A model generated the notes under the pieces. The model had not been told where the DNA came from, ran no database searches, and saw only the letters and a program-made list of their open reading frames with translations. Below are positions 1 through 12,852 of a stretch of DNA of 64,000 nt, in pieces. The first letter of the stretch is position 1; each line of letters opens with the position of its first letter. The stretch covers positions 20,584,001-20,648,000 of the forward strand of contig OX597834.1 of NCBI GenBank assembly GCA_951406725.2, given 5' to 3'. The position numbers and the translations under genes were made by a program. The DNA is from Octopus vulgaris. Its lineage: Eukaryota.

Positions 1-370
1 TTCAGTCCCACTGCGTGGCACCTTGGGCAAGTGTCTTCTGCTATAGCCTTAGACTGACCAAAGCCTTGTGAGTGGATTTGGTAGATGGAAGCTGAAAGAA
101 ACCAATTATATGTGCTTCTGTGTGTGTGTGTGTGTGTGTGTGTTTGTGTCTGTGTTTGTTCCCCTCCTTTCACTGCTTCACAACCGGTCTTGGTGTATTT
201 GCCGCCTCCCCTCCATAACCTAGCGGTTCAGGAAAAGAGATCAATAGAATAATTATCAGGCTTAAGAAATGAGTCCTGAGGTCAGTTTGTTCGACTAAAA
301 CCCTTCAAGGCGGTGCTCCAGCATGGCCACAGTCAAACTGCTGAAACAAGTAAAAGAGTAAAAGAACCAA
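1..370 (+). mobile_element. tRNA-derived SINE family A, 5' end cut by window edge
   Basis: Collinear with full copies (e.g. 32733-33132): ttcagtcccactgcgtggcaccttgggcaagtg, internal (TG)n, 3' ccagcatggccacagtcaa and aagtaaaagagtaaaaga tail. Confidence 0.9.
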
Positions 371-599
371 AAACTGAAGATTTAGCCAAAATCTATTTTG
401 TGAAGAATATGAGGACATTTTGAGGACATCGTGTATGATATTACAGCATTTTTTTTATTGAAGTTCAGTGATGGGAATAATTAGTAATTAAACTGTGGAT
501 CAGCAATTAGTTTAATGAGAGATTAGTGGAGGGGATGGGGAGTAGATTAAAACAAAAAAATCAGATGCTGTTTGTTGTACATTGTCAAATTTTATGGGG

Positions 600-1200
600 G
601 GGGGGGAGATAGTGATAGAAAGAAAAAAGGGACAGACAGACAGAGGGAGGGTTAGACAGAGAGAGGGGGACAGAGTGGGTGTGAAACATGAGCAAAGAAA
701 TGAGATGGGGAGAGAGAGAGAGAGAAAGTTTGGAAGTGAGAAATAGAGAGAGAGAGAGAGAGAAAGAGTGAAAGGGAGAGAGAGCCAGGCTGATAAAATA
801 AGATCCTGGGACGCAGAAAAAGATAGAGGCAGGGCAAAAAAAGAGATGGACGGATGGACGGACGGACGGACGGACGGACAGTGAGAGGAAAGGAGAGTTA
901 GAGAGAAGGAGAGTGAGAGATAGAGGCAGAGAGGGAGAGAGGGAGAGTGAGAGATTGGGAGTAAGAGAGAAAAAGAGAGATTTTTAAAAGCCAGTGGGAG
1001 AGAGAGAGAGAGTGAGAGAAAGAAGTTGATAAAGTCAAATGCGGAGGCAGAAAAATGTTAGGAGAGCGACAGATGAAGAAAGAGTTAGATAGAGAGAAAG
1101 AGTGATGAGATTGGAAGAGAGAGGAAGAGGGAGAGAGAGAGACAGAAAAGCAGACAGAAGGTGAGAGAGAAAGCGAAGGACAGAAGGTAAGAAAGGCACA
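600..1200. repeat. GA-rich polypurine low-complexity tract including (GGAC)n
   Basis: (GA)n runs throughout; (GGAC)n at about 848-880. Confidence 0.9.
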
Positions 1201-1224
1201 AAAAAATAACAGGGTGAATAATTT

Positions 1225-1358
1225 CTTTTCTCCTTTAGGCACAAGGCCTGATATTTTGTGGGGGGAGGGGACCAGTTGATTATATCGACCCCAGTATGCA
1301 ACTGGTACTCAATTTATCAACCCCGAAAGGATGAAAGGCAAAGTTGACCTCAGCAGGG
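1225..1358 (-). mobile_element. SINE family B fragment (alternative tail)
   Basis: cgaccccagtatgcaactggtact...ccccgaaaggatgaaaggcaaagttgacctc is the reverse complement of the family B body. Confidence 0.8.
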
Positions 1359-1624
1359 TGAATAATTTCAGTAAAGAGAAATACATAACTTCATGAGAGA
1401 GAGGGGGGTACGAGAAAGACAACGATGATGATGAGGAGGAGGAGGATGATGATGATGATGAGGAGGAGGAGAGAAAGTGACCGAGACAGGCAGAGCTATC
1501 TCACTGTGCAATTGATGGTAATTTCTGGAAATATATTACCAGAGTTTATTCTTTAATTAGTTTTACTCAATGAGCTGTGGCCATGCTGGAGTACCACCTT
1601 CTTGAATGATTTTTTTTTCAACTC

Positions 1625-2170
1625 AAGTGCTTATATTATTCTTAGACTGGGCAACATGTTGTGTTCTTGAGCAAGACATTTTATTTTCACTTTGCTCCAG
1701 TCCACTCAGCTCGCAGAAAGGAGTCATCCTGTGATGGATCAGTGTCCCATCCAGGGAATTGTGGTTTCAGTTCCTGGACTGGGTGATATGTTGTATTCTT
1801 GAGCAAAACACTTCATTTCACTTTACTCCAGTCCACTCAGCTACCAAAAAGGAGTAAACCTGAAAAGGACTGGTGTCCCATCCAGGTGGAGAATTCATAT
1901 GTCATGGAAACCGGGAAACTAGTCCTGAGGAGTCGACATGACATGAGAAGGTTACTTTACCTTTACTTTGTGGAGGCACGTGGCTTAGGGGTTAGGGTAT
2001 TGGGACTCATGATCATAAGATTGTAGTTTCAATTCCTGGAGTGTGCAACATGCTGTTTTCTTGAGCAAAACTCTTTGTTTCACATTGCTCCAGTCCACTC
2101 AGCTGGCAAAAATGAGCTATCCTGTGATGGCCTGATCTCCCATCCAGGTGGAGAATATATATGTTATGGA
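1625..2170 (+). mobile_element. Three tandem partial copies of tRNA-derived SINE family C
   Basis: Repeated core ttcttgagcaa..cactt.atttcac.ttgctccagtccactcagct; third copy has tRNA-like head (tggcttaggggttag...gtttcaattcc). Confidence 0.8.
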
Positions 2171-2558
2171 GATAATAATAATAATAATAATAATAATAAT
2201 GGAACACCCCTCCACATGATGAGTAGTATGTGCTAGTCATTACAAATAATGTGATGCAGTAAGTCGAAAGGTCGAGAAGTTGGTAAAGTCAGTCATAGAT
2301 AGTCATTTCTTTATTTGTCTAACTAACTATAGTGCTACACCAGAGTGGACGTTACAACAGTCGGACATTGAATTTCAACAGTATACGCCATAAAAGCAGA
2401 AAACTGGCCCTTGTGAGTCAGTATAACTTAGAGAAGGTAACTTTACCTTTTTTCACGGGCTGAGAGTTTCATGCATTGATGTGTCCCACTGCATGAAACC
2501 CTTGGCCATTGAGTCACTCATTAACTTTTGCTGATTATTGATAAGGGAAAAAATAGAC

Positions 2559-2874
2559 TGGAGCAGGTATGTGTGGTAGGAAGCTTCTTTCTCAACCACA
2601 TGGTTCTGGGTTCAGTCCTACTGCATGACTGGTACCTTGGGAAAGTGTATTCTGCTGTAGCCTCAGGTCACGACTTGTGAGTGGATTGGGTAGACAGAAC
2701 CTAAAAGAAGCCCATTGTGTGTGTGTGTGTGTGCGTGTGTTTGTGTCTGTGTGTGTGTCTGTGTCTGTGTGTGTCTGTGTGTGTGTCTGTGTTTCTGTGT
2801 GTGTGTCTGTGTGTTTCTGTGTCTGTGTGTCTGTGTGTGTGTCTGTGTGTGTGTGTGTCTGTGTGTGTGTCTGT

Positions 2875-2953
<79 letters not shown>

Positions 2954-3625
2954 TGTGTGTGTGTCTGTGTGTGTGTGTGTTCCCAACCACCACTTGATAA
3001 CCAGTGTTGGTGTGCTTATGACACCATAACTTAGCGGTTTGGCAAACTGCTAAGGTACAGATCAGTATTAGACTTCAAAAAAAAAAAAATTAAAAATAAG
3101 TAGGCACAGGAGTGGCTGTGTGGTAAGTAGCTTGCTTACCAACTACATGGTTCCAGGTTCAGTCCCACAGCGTGGCACCTTGGGCAAGTGTCTTCTACTA
3201 TATCCTCGGGCCGACCAATGCCTTGTGAGTGGATTTGGTAGACGGAAACTGAAAGAAGCCCGTTGTATATATGTATATATATATATATGCATGCGTGTAT
3301 GTCTTTGTGTGTCTGTGTTTGTCCCCGTAGCATTGCTTGACAACCGATGCTGGTGTGTTTATGTCCTCGTCGCTTAGCGGTTCAGCAAAAGAGACTGATA
3401 GAATAAGTACTGGGTTTACAAAGAATAAGTCCCGGAGTCGAGTTGCTCGACTAAAGGCGGTGCTCCAGCATGGCCGCAGTCAAATGACTGAAACAAGTAA
3501 AAGAGTAAATGAGAGTAAGTACATGGGTCGATTCATTCAACTAAAACTCTTCATGGTGATGTCCCATGGTGCCCCATGGTGCCCCAACGTGGCTGCAGTC
3601 TCATGACTGAAACAAGTAAAACAAA
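2559..3625 (+). mobile_element. Older SINE A with expanded (TG/TGTC)n tract, interrupted by a younger SINE A
   Basis: Head at about 2559-2715, microsatellite 2716-2980, body to about 3100, tail resumes at about 3520 (catgggtcgattcattcaactaaaa...atgactgaaacaagtaaaa). Confidence 0.8.
3102..3519 (+). mobile_element. Full-length SINE A nested in an older SINE A
   Basis: ggcacaggagtggctgtgtggtaag (A-box-like), ggttcagtccc (B-box-like), internal TA tract, complete tail; taagta occurs on both sides. Confidence 0.9.
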
Positions 3626-4224
3626 GACAGACAAACAGACAGACAGACAACGAGACAGACAAAGGACAGATAGGGTGGCCTGAATGCATCGATGGATGAA
3701 ATGGCACTCAAGTTCCAAGTCTGCCAAGTTCCCAAGACCGAAACGCTGGACTCCTTAACCTCATTCTTGATCAGGAGGTCAAATCTTATTGCAACCATTG
3801 TACTATTCTCTCTCCCGCCCTCCCTCTCTCTCACATACTCTCTCTCACACTCTCTCTCTCCCTCCCTCCCTCCCTCCCTCTCTCACTCTTTCTCTTTCTC
3901 TGACACAAACCAGATAATTCTCTTTACTCCAATTTTTCTGCATGATAGAATGAATAAATAAATAAATAAATAAATGAAATCTGCGCCGCCTCTTTTCACG
4001 GTTGAGTGGTTGACATCTAACCATAAGAAAATAAATAGCAGTCGCTGCAATAAAAACCACTCCAGCATTCCAAGCGTGGAAGAATGGATACTAAAGATAA
4101 AAACATTTCCATTAAACAGCCAAGAGGTTATGTAGTGGGTGGGGTTTTTTTTGTCTTTTTTGTTGTTGTTTTTTTGTTATTTTTCACAGTCCCACCCATA
4201 CCAGCATGGAAAGCAGTAAGGAAA

Positions 4225-4870
4225 TAATGGTGGTGGTGGTGGTGGTGTGGATGATGGGGTGGATAGTGGTTATGATGGTGGTGATGATGATGATAATGGC
4301 AGTGACGATGGTGATAATAATTGTGGTGATGATGACAATGGTGGTGGTGGTGGTTGTGGTAGTGATGATGATGATGATGATGACTGGTAGTGATGATAGT
4401 GGTGGTGGTGGTGGTGGTGGTGATGATGATGATGACTGGTGGTGATGATGGTGGTGGTGGTGGTGATGAAAATGATGGTAACAGTGGGAATGATGGTGGT
4501 GGTTGTGGTGGCCATGGTGGTGCTGATGGTGGTGGTGATGAAAATGATGGTAACAGTGGGAATGATGGTTGTGGTTGTGGTGGCCATGGTGGTGGTGGTG
4601 ATGGTGGTGGTGATGAAAATGATGGTAACAGTGGGAATGATGGTGGTGGTTGTGGTGGCCATGGTGATGGTGATGGTGGTGGTGATGAAAATGATGGTAA
4701 CAGTGGGAATGATGGTGGTGGTTGTGGTGGCCATGGTGGTGGTGATGAAAATGATGGTAACAGTGGAAATGATGGTGGTGGTTGTGGTGGCCATGGTGGT
4801 GATGATGATGACAATGATGATGGTGATGAAACTTGTAGTGATGATGATGATGGTGGTGGTGGTAGTGATA
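4225..4870. repeat. (GGT/GAT)n tract containing a 5-copy 60-75 bp minisatellite
   Basis: Unit ggtgatgaaaatgatggtaacagtgggaatgatggtggtggttgtggtggccatggt starts at about 4462, 4534, 4609, 4681 and 4741. Confidence 0.9.
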
Positions 4871-5324
4871 ATTCTTCAATATCAACACGATGCAACCACT
4901 TCACCATTGACAGGATTCCAGTAAGGCAAGGAGAATTTGAACTCATAATGCCAAGACCTGGAACGGATGCTGTGAAGAGTATCTCCTTTGACGCCTTAAC
5001 AAATTCCACCAATCCTCCGTCCTCGATCAACATTTCATTCATGAACCCCCGAGAGGATAAAACTTACTTTGGTAAGATTTGAAATCAGGTCTCAGAGGAT
5101 AAGAGCAAAGGCCGCCAGGCATAGTCCTCTACTCTCTCATGACTTAGCTAACACAGCATCTTATTCTTTATAGCCACTGGTGGTCATGCTGCAGGATCAC
5201 CATCCTCCTCATCATCATTGTTGCTATTTTACTCTCTACTTTTCCAGGCTTTCATAGGTCAGAAAGGACTCAATGAGACAGATTTTCTGTGGACAGTTGC
5301 CCATCCAAGCGAGGTAAAATTTTA

Positions 5325-5442
5325 CCAATCACATGGTTCCGGGTTCATTCCCACTGTCTGGCACCTTGAGCAAGTATCTTCTGCTATAGCCTTGTGAGTG
5401 GATTTAGTAGACGGAAACTGAAAGAAGCTCGTCGTATACAAG

Positions 5443-5476
<34 letters not shown>

Positions 5477-5942
5477 TTGGCATATTTTGGTCATATTATG
5501 CGGAGAAAATCCCTGGAGAAGGACATCATGCTCGGAATGGTCAGTGGCAAGAGAGGAAGAGGCTGACCAAGAACCTGCTGGATTGATACCACCAAGAGTG
5601 ATACTGGAATGGACATAGCCAATCTGAAAGAAGTGGCCCTGGATAGAACTGACTGGAGGACACTGATCCAACAAGTGACCGAGAGTCGACTTCTACTGAG
5701 CGGTTAGAGAGAGATATGTATGTGTGTGTGTATGTTTTTGTGTCTGTGTTTGTCCCCCCAACATCGCTTGACAACTGATGGTGGTGTGTTTACATCCTCG
5801 TAACTTAGCGGTTCGGCAAAAGAGACTGATAGAATAAGTACTAGGCTTCCAAAGAATAAGTCCTGGGGTCGATTTGCTTGACTAAAGGCGGTGCTCCAGC
5901 ATGGCCGCAGTCAAATGACTGAAACAAGTAAAAGAGTAAAGA
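5325..5942 (+). mobile_element. SINE A carrying an RTE fragment in its internal microsatellite
   Basis: SINE A head to about 5445; SINE A body and tail resume at about 5715. Confidence 0.85.
5477..5707 (+). mobile_element. RTE (BovB-like) LINE 3' ORF relic
   Basis: Translates LAYFGHIMRRKSLEKDIMLGMVSGKRGRG*PRTCWID...ALDRTDWRTLI, the typical RTE C-terminus (YFGHIMR, GxRxRGRPxxxW, DRxxWR); one in-frame stop; flanked by (GA)n. Confidence 0.85.
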
Positions 5943-6516
5943 CATATTTTCATGGAAAACTGGAAGTGATTGATGCCACTTGTACGACAGGGCCACTCGT
6001 TTACAGCAATCAAATGATTTCAAGGCAAGAGTAAAAACAAACAGTCACATGTGTATGTACAAACATACATATGATGGGTTTCTATCAGTTTCCATCTATC
6101 AAGTCTCTTCACAAACATTTGGATATCCCAGGGATATAGTAAAAGATACTGGCCCAAGATGCCATATTGTGAGATTGAACCCCAAAACATGTATTTGAGA
6201 AGCAAACTTCTTAACCAAGGTTGTTAATATTATTCAAAAAATTATTTTAATACAATAAGACTATTTTTTCTCATGTAGTGGGTGGAGTAAAGCTTCACAG
6301 AAAGCAAGACAGTGAAGTAGTAAAGGGGAGATGTATAGGAAAGAGGGGTTAAAAATGATGGGCTTATATTATTTTTACATTGAAGACCCCAGTATTTAAT
6401 TTATCTAGAATTTAATTCACAGTGATTATTTCACATCATAAATATTAGAATCAAAGCATATTAGAGATCAGTGGTAGTAGTAGTGGTAGCGTAGATGGCA
6501 GTGGTGATGAACATAT

Positions 6517-6544
<28 letters not shown>

Positions 6545-6547
<3 letters not shown>

Positions 6548-6881
6548 CATCGTCATCATCATCATCGTTTAACGTACATTTTCCGCGCTAGCACGGGTTG
6601 GACGGTTCGACCGGGGTCTGGGAAGCTAGTGGCTGCACCAGGCTCCAGTTTAATCTGGCAGTGCTTCTACAGCTGGATGCCCTTCCTAACGCCAACCACT
6701 CCGCAAGTGTAGTGGGTGCTTTTTACGTGCCAGGGGAGTCTGGCATTGGCCACGATCGGTTGGTGCTTTTAACGTACCACTGGCACGGAAGCCAGTCAAG
6801 GCGGCACTGGCATCGGCCACGTTCGGATGGTGCTTTTTATGTGCCACCGGCACAGAAGCCAGTCGAGGCGGCGCTGGCATC
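6545..6881 (-). mobile_element. RTE-type 3' UTR/tail element (family D)
   Basis: Matches the 3' UTR of the RTE relic at 36148-36945, with the (GAT)n tail and internal repeats. Confidence 0.8.
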
Positions 6882-6892
6882 ATATATATATA

Positions 6893-7222
6893 TATTCCCC
6901 CATTCATGTCTAATGACCCTCCATGTTTGTTTTCATTCGATCTTCCTGTATGTCTCCACTGTCCTGTTTTTGTTCCCAACTTAGACCCTCCATAAATCCA
7001 AAATTTTATTTTGGTATTTATGGGAGCAACTGTCTTCGAAGACTCATATTGTTGTTGATTGCTCGAAATGGGGAGCAGATAGACAGCCAACAACTGATGA
7101 AGGGGCGTTCTTTGTATTACTTGTCTTGTTTTCCATTATTTCTCTCCGTATTTGCGTGCGTATATAACTTGTTTGTTTTTGTACTTCATGTTGTTTACTG
7201 TTGGTGATGTCCTGTAACCATA
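6893..7222 (+). mobile_element. Unclassified insert between TA tracts, possibly a Penelope-like terminal fragment
   Basis: TA-flanked; internal hairpin ctccataaatccaaaat/attttggtatttatgggag; ctgatga and gctcgaaat motifs present but not in functional hammerhead order. Confidence 0.35.
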
Positions 7223-7590
7223 TACATACATATATATATTATTCATATCATTATATATATATATTTGAAGTTTAACCTATTCTGTTAGCTATGTTAAGTT
7301 ATTGATCACTTATATTGAATCATTAAGAAAATACAAAAAATAGCACAGTGACAAAAATGTAAAAAAAAAACCCAGAAAAATAAGAGAAAAAATAATATCA
7401 GTACCTAATTTGTAAAAATGGTATGAAGATTTAGAATAATAGTTTCTTCATTTTATGTCTGTGTAAAAGAAATAGTTAGAGGCTGCTTAATGTTTTAACT
7501 TTAATCTGTAATAGACAACGATGAAGAAGATGATGATTTTTAAATAATTACATACGTTTAATATTTTATAAGGAAAAAATTTACATACAT

Positions 7591-7654
<64 letters not shown>

Positions 7655-8371
7655 ATATATATTTCATAATATTTTTTAACTAGATGCAGATAAAATCTGA
7701 AAGAGGTTTGTTGGTAAGATGAGGGGAAAAATATTGATGCGTTTTGTAAAGTGACTTCTTTTGATTTTTGCTCTCTCCTTTTTATTAGTACTATTATTAA
7801 TATTACTATCATCATCTCCATCGTCATTATTTAATTTTTCATTAAAGGTGCATTTATTTTTATCTTTTATTGATAGCCATTATAAACTCACTAACTATGC
7901 GAAAAACATAATTTTTCTAAAGAACGCTAATAATACAATAAAATTTTTTCCCTCTTTTAAATATTTATTCATTTATTTGCATTATTTAGTTTTTTTTCCT
8001 TTTTTATAGTTTGGCTCTACTAGTTTTACTTTTTTTTTTTTCTTTTTGTGAATAGAATTGAGTGTTTATGGGTTTTGGGAGTGAGAGGAGATTCTTGGAT
8101 TCTTGCTGGTTTCACAGGAATCACCGTAATGTTGTTGGATGGTTGTGATCAAGTTAGAAATATATTATTGAACCACAAACAGTTGAAGTTGACAGGAAAA
8201 AGAATTAATTAAAAAATGACTGTGTGGTAAGAACCTTGCTTCCCAACCACTTGGTTCTGGGTTCAGTCCCACTCCATGACACATTGGGCAAGTGTCTTCT
8301 ACTATAGCCTCGAGCTGACCAAAACCTTGTGAGTGGATTTGGTAGATGGAAACTGAAAGAAGCCTGTTTAA

Positions 8372-8592
8372 TCACGTAAAAAGCACCAACCAATTGTGGT
8401 CATTGCCAGCCTCGCCTGGCATCTGTGCCGGTGGCATGTAAAAAGCACCCACTACACTCATAGAGTGGTTGGCATTAGGAAGGGCATCCAGCTGTAGAAA
8501 CACTGCCTGATCAGACTGGAGCCTGGTGCAGCTTTCTGGCTTCCCAGACCCCCGGTCGAACCGTCCAACCCATGCTAGCATGGAAAACAGAC
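8372..8592 (+). mobile_element. RTE-type 3' tail (family D)
   Basis: aaaagcacccactacactc...aggaagggcatccagctgtagaaac...ccaacccatgctagcatggaaa. Confidence 0.8.
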
Positions 8593-8682
8593 GGTGTGTT
8601 CACATGCCTGTAACTTAGCAGTGCAGCAAAAGAAACTGATAGAATAAGTACTACAAAAAAAAATAGATAGAAAAATATAATA

Positions 8683-8844
8683 GGTGCAGGAGTGGCTGTG
8701 TGGTAAGTAGCTTGTCTACCAACCACATGGTTCCGGGTTCAGTCCCACTGCATGGCACCTTGGGCAAGTGTCTTCTACTATAGCCTCGGGCCGACCAAAG
8801 CCTTGTGAGTGGATTTGGTAGACGGAAATTGAAAGAAGCCCGTC

Positions 8845-8880
<36 letters not shown>

Positions 8881-9088
8881 GTGTGTGTGTTTGTGTGTCT
8901 GTGTTTGTCCCATAGCATTGCTTGACAACTGATGCTGGTGTATTTATGTCCCCGTTACTTAGTGGTTCAGCAAAAGAGACCAATAGAATAAGTACTGGGC
9001 TTACAAAAGAATAAGTCCCGGGGTCAAGTGCTCCAGCATGGCCGCAGTCAAATGACTGAAACAAGTAAAAGAGTAAAAAAGTAAAAGA
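8683..9088 (+). mobile_element. SINE A, near full length
   Basis: Complete head, internal (TA)n, tail with a short internal deletion. Confidence 0.9.
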
Positions 9089-9527
9089 GGGGTTGATTGA
9101 TTCAGCAGAAAATGATTCAGTGTGGTGCACCAGCATGGCCACAGTCTAATGACTGAAACGAGTTAAAGAAAAATAATGATAAAATAAAGAATACTAAAAC
9201 AAAAAACACGTATAAAAACACACATGCAAAAACACTCAGCAAACGCACACAGGACCCCCACCCCGCACAAAACTCCTGTCCCACATCCCCGCTTTCCCAA
9301 CACTAAAATTTTCAGACATTAATCTTTCGGTGTTAAAACATTAACATGTAGAACTCTTTAAATTTACCATTCTGTTCTGAATCGGAAAAGATTGGAACCG
9401 ACTGACAGCAGTTTAAAGACGCTAAATGGAAACACTTTGCTAAATATATATATATATACACACACACACTCACACACTTATATACACACAGACACACATA
9501 TATACACACACACACACACATACACAC

Positions 9528-9559
<32 letters not shown>

Positions 9560-10226
9560 GCATATATGTGTGTATATATATGAGATTTTTATTATTTTAT
9601 TTTAGTGTATTTTATTATTTTTTTTAATGAAATTTCACTTCTCTCTTTAACATCATTTTTAATGTTTCTTCATCCTCTTTTTCTTCTTCTTCTTCTTCTT
9701 CTTCTTCTTCTTCTTCTTCTTCTTCTTCTTCTTCTTCTTCTTCTTTCTTTCTTTTCTTCTTTTTTTCCCCTTTGTCTCGTTTATTAAAAGAATAAAATTT
9801 TCCAAAATTTAATCAATAAAATTTTGTTGAACAATTTTTTTTTTTACTTTCCTGCCTTTGTTTTTTGTATTTTTCTATGTATTATATAATTATTATTATG
9901 TTTTATGCATGTATTTATTTTTTATAAAATTGTTTGCATATTTTTTGCTATTATTAGTTGTTGTTTTGTTTCAATATCTTTTCCATATTTATTTCTTAAT
10001 TTTATTATTCATTTTTATTATGTATATTTATTATTTATATTTAATAACTGTCTTATATACAATCATTGGACTTAAAAATGAATTCGTTACTTTTTAATAG
10101 CACCATGTCTTGGTATTGATTCCACACTTTATTCACTGATTTCCATTGATTTCTTTCAAACTCTTTTAGATCTGCTGCTAGAAAATTCTTAAAAGAAAGC
10201 CCATAGTATATATATGTATGTGTGTA

Positions 10227-10261
<35 letters not shown>

Positions 10262-10334
10262 ATGTATGTATGTATGTATGTATGTATGTATCTATGTATG
10301 TATGTATGTATGTATATTATCTATGTATGTATGT

Positions 10335-10930
10335 ATTCAGTTTATTTCAAAATTTCTTGCCAATAGAGAAAGAACCGGTTTCTAACCTAGATCCAAGGCT
10401 CCTTCATTGGAATTTCAACATCAACAACAGGCTATTTTTGTTTGTATGTATGCATCTGTATGTATGTATGTATGTATGTATGTATGTATGTATGTATGTA
10501 TGTATGTATGTTTGTATGTATGTATGTATGTATGTATGTATGCATGCATGTATGTATGTGCGTGCAGATTTGTATGTTTTATGTATGTATTCTCTTGCAT
10601 ATAGTTGCATATCTAGACACGCTCATATACACTTAAATGATAAAATTCTGGAAAGTTTTACAGATTTTTACAGTTCCAGTAATCAATTCGATTTGTAGTC
10701 TTCGAATTAGCTTCCTCGTTTCTGACTTTGAGAAACTTAATTTCTCATGATTGGTATTTAGGCAGTGTGTTACATATCCCAGGGCCTCAGTAATTACAGG
10801 TATAAACCTGAACTTGTAATTTGGATAGAATAACTGCAGATTTTTCAATAGTTCAGCATAGGTATTCTCTTTTTTATTAATCTTCAGCTTTATGTTAACA
10901 TCCGTTGGGCAGCTAATTTCCATAACTGTA
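10335..10930 (-). mobile_element. 5'-truncated RLE-type (R2/R4/NeSL-like) non-LTR retrotransposon in (CATA)n
   Basis: ORF end VMEISCPTDVNI...KENTYAELL...FIPVITEALG...LQIELITGTVKICK is the restriction-like endonuclease C-terminus; putative 3' UTR runs to about 10335; embedded in (TATG)n. Confidence 0.8.
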
Positions 10931-10956
10931 AAATAGTTTCTCTTCTCTATCCAAAG

Positions 10957-11006
<50 letters not shown>

Positions 11007-11292
11007 ATGTATGTATGTATGTATGTATGTATGTATGTATGTATGCATGCATGCATGCATGTGCATATGTATGTATGTGTGTGCATATGTATTTCTGTAT
11101 GTGTGTGTATCTGTGTGAAGGATGGAGAAATTCAGTCAACATACGTAGCAAAATAGATGTCTTTGGCCTTTGATGAACATTGTATGCAGACCACACCAGG
11201 AACAGTTTCCTATTAGATCTACAAGGGACCAATATCCCTTTATTCTACACATCAATTCTTCATTCTACATTCATTTTGATATTTGTTATGAG

Positions 11293-11730
11293 CATGGCTG
11301 TGTGGGTAAAGAAGCTTGCTTCTCAACCATATGGTCTTGGGTTCAGTTCCATTGTGTACCACCTTCGGCAAGTGTCTTCTACTATAGCCTCAAACTGACC
11401 AAAGCCTTATGAGTGAATTTGGTAGACAGAAATTGAAAGAAGTCTGGTGAATATATACATAGGTGTAGGAGTGGCTGTGTGGTAAGTAGCTTGCTTACCA
11501 ATCACCTGGTTCCGGGTTTAGTCCCACTAGGTGGCACCTTGGGTAAGTATATTCTATGACAGCCTCGGGCTAAGCAAAAGCTTGTGAGTGGATTCGGTAG
11601 ATGGAAACTGAAAGAAATCTGTCGTGTGTGTGTTTGTCGCCCCAACATCACTTGACAACCAATGCTGGTGTGTTTACGTCCCTGTAACTTAGTGGTTCAG
11701 CAAAAGAGACCAATAGAATAAGTACTGGCA
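11293..11730 (+). mobile_element. Two tandem partial SINE A copies
   Basis: Heads at about 11293 and 11461; both 3'-truncated. Confidence 0.85.
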
Positions 11731-11852
11731 TGCTCTCAGCACATGAAACTAATAGTTGCACAGAAAAACATATATTCTGTTTATTAAAAAGTAATTCTTT
11801 CTCACCAGATGAAATACATTTTTTCTTGATCTTAACATCATGGAACAATACA

Positions 11853-11886
<34 letters not shown>

Positions 11887-11919
11887 AATATACATTGTTT
11901 TATTAGTGAGTCAACAATC

Positions 11920-12093
11920 TGGTTTCATGTAAAGAGGTATCTCTTTACAATCTTCAAGGCTGCCACATTGGAACTCTGGTACGCATCTTCATTTTGTAAC
12001 TCCATATATTCTCATCCAAAACGGAGATGTGTACAAACATCCTCATGTGGCAGGCCTGACAATTGTAAAAAGATTCCTCTTTACATGAAACCA
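11920..12093. repeat. Long imperfect palindrome (about 77-bp arms)
   Basis: tggtttcatgtaaagaggtatctctttacaat versus attgtaaaaagattcctctttacatgaaacca; pairing continues inward to a loop of about 20 nt. Confidence 0.9.
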
Positions 12094-12217
12094 TCGGTAG
12101 CCTTGTTAACGCACAAATATAAAATATTTATCCACCATTGTGGTTTACAGCACTCATTCTCACTATTTGATATTAACATATATATATATATAATTGTATA
12201 TATTTTTATATATACAA

Positions 12218-12552
12218 CTGTGACACATGGTGGCTCAGAGGTTAGAGAATTGGACTGACAATTCTGAGGTAGTGAGTTCGATTCTTGGACCAGGCTGTAT
12301 TGTGTTCTTGAGCAAGATACTTTATTTCACATTACTCCAGTTTATTCAGCTGTAGAGGTGAGTTGCAGCATCACTGGTGCCAAGCCATATTGGCCTTTCT
12401 TTTGATAACATCAGTGGCATGGAGAAGGGAGGCTGGTATTCATGGTTGACTGTTGGTCTTCCATAAACAACCTTTCCTGGACTTGTGCCTCAAAAGGGAA
12501 CTTTTTTGATGCAATCCCATGGTCATTTGTAACTGAAGGGGCTTTTTACCTT
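12218..12552 (+). mobile_element. SINE C (tail type 2)
   Basis: tggctcagaggttag A-box, gagttcgattc B-box, core gtgttcttgagcaagatacttt; tail shared with 33225-34042. Confidence 0.85.
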
Positions 12553-12606
12553 TTCTATATATGTACAATTATATACATAAATATATGCACATATATATTT
12601 TATACT

Positions 12607-12641
<35 letters not shown>

Positions 12642-12795
12642 GTCTGTGTGTATATATGTATATATATCTGTGTGTGTGTTTGTCATTCAACTTTCAATAA
12701 ATCAATAAACCAATAATCAGTCAGTCACTCAGTAAATTGGTGAACATTATTTTCACTTTTAAATTTAAAAATCAAAGAGTGATCAATTAAAGATG

Positions 12796-12852
<57 letters not shown>

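Larger units (their letters stand above)
8218..9170 (+). mobile_element. Nested complex: old SINE A split by an RTE tail and a younger SINE A
   Basis: Old SINE A pieces at about 8218-8368, 8593-8655 and 9089-9170 are collinear with the family consensus seen in this window. Confidence 0.75.

Noticed and set aside
4128-5082. 304-aa Pro/His-rich and 230-aa Gly/Asp-rich ORFs
   Set aside because: They are translations of the GGT/GAT minisatellite; the non-repetitive part overlaps decayed SINE B-like sequence; open in several frames on both strands.
7060-7110. Functional hammerhead at ctgatga (7093)
   Set aside because: No stem II followed by GAAA downstream; the gaaa motif lies upstream without consistent stems.
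12265-12273. let-7-like tgaggtagt
   Set aside because: Only 9 nt match, inside a SINE C tRNA head, with no precursor hairpin.
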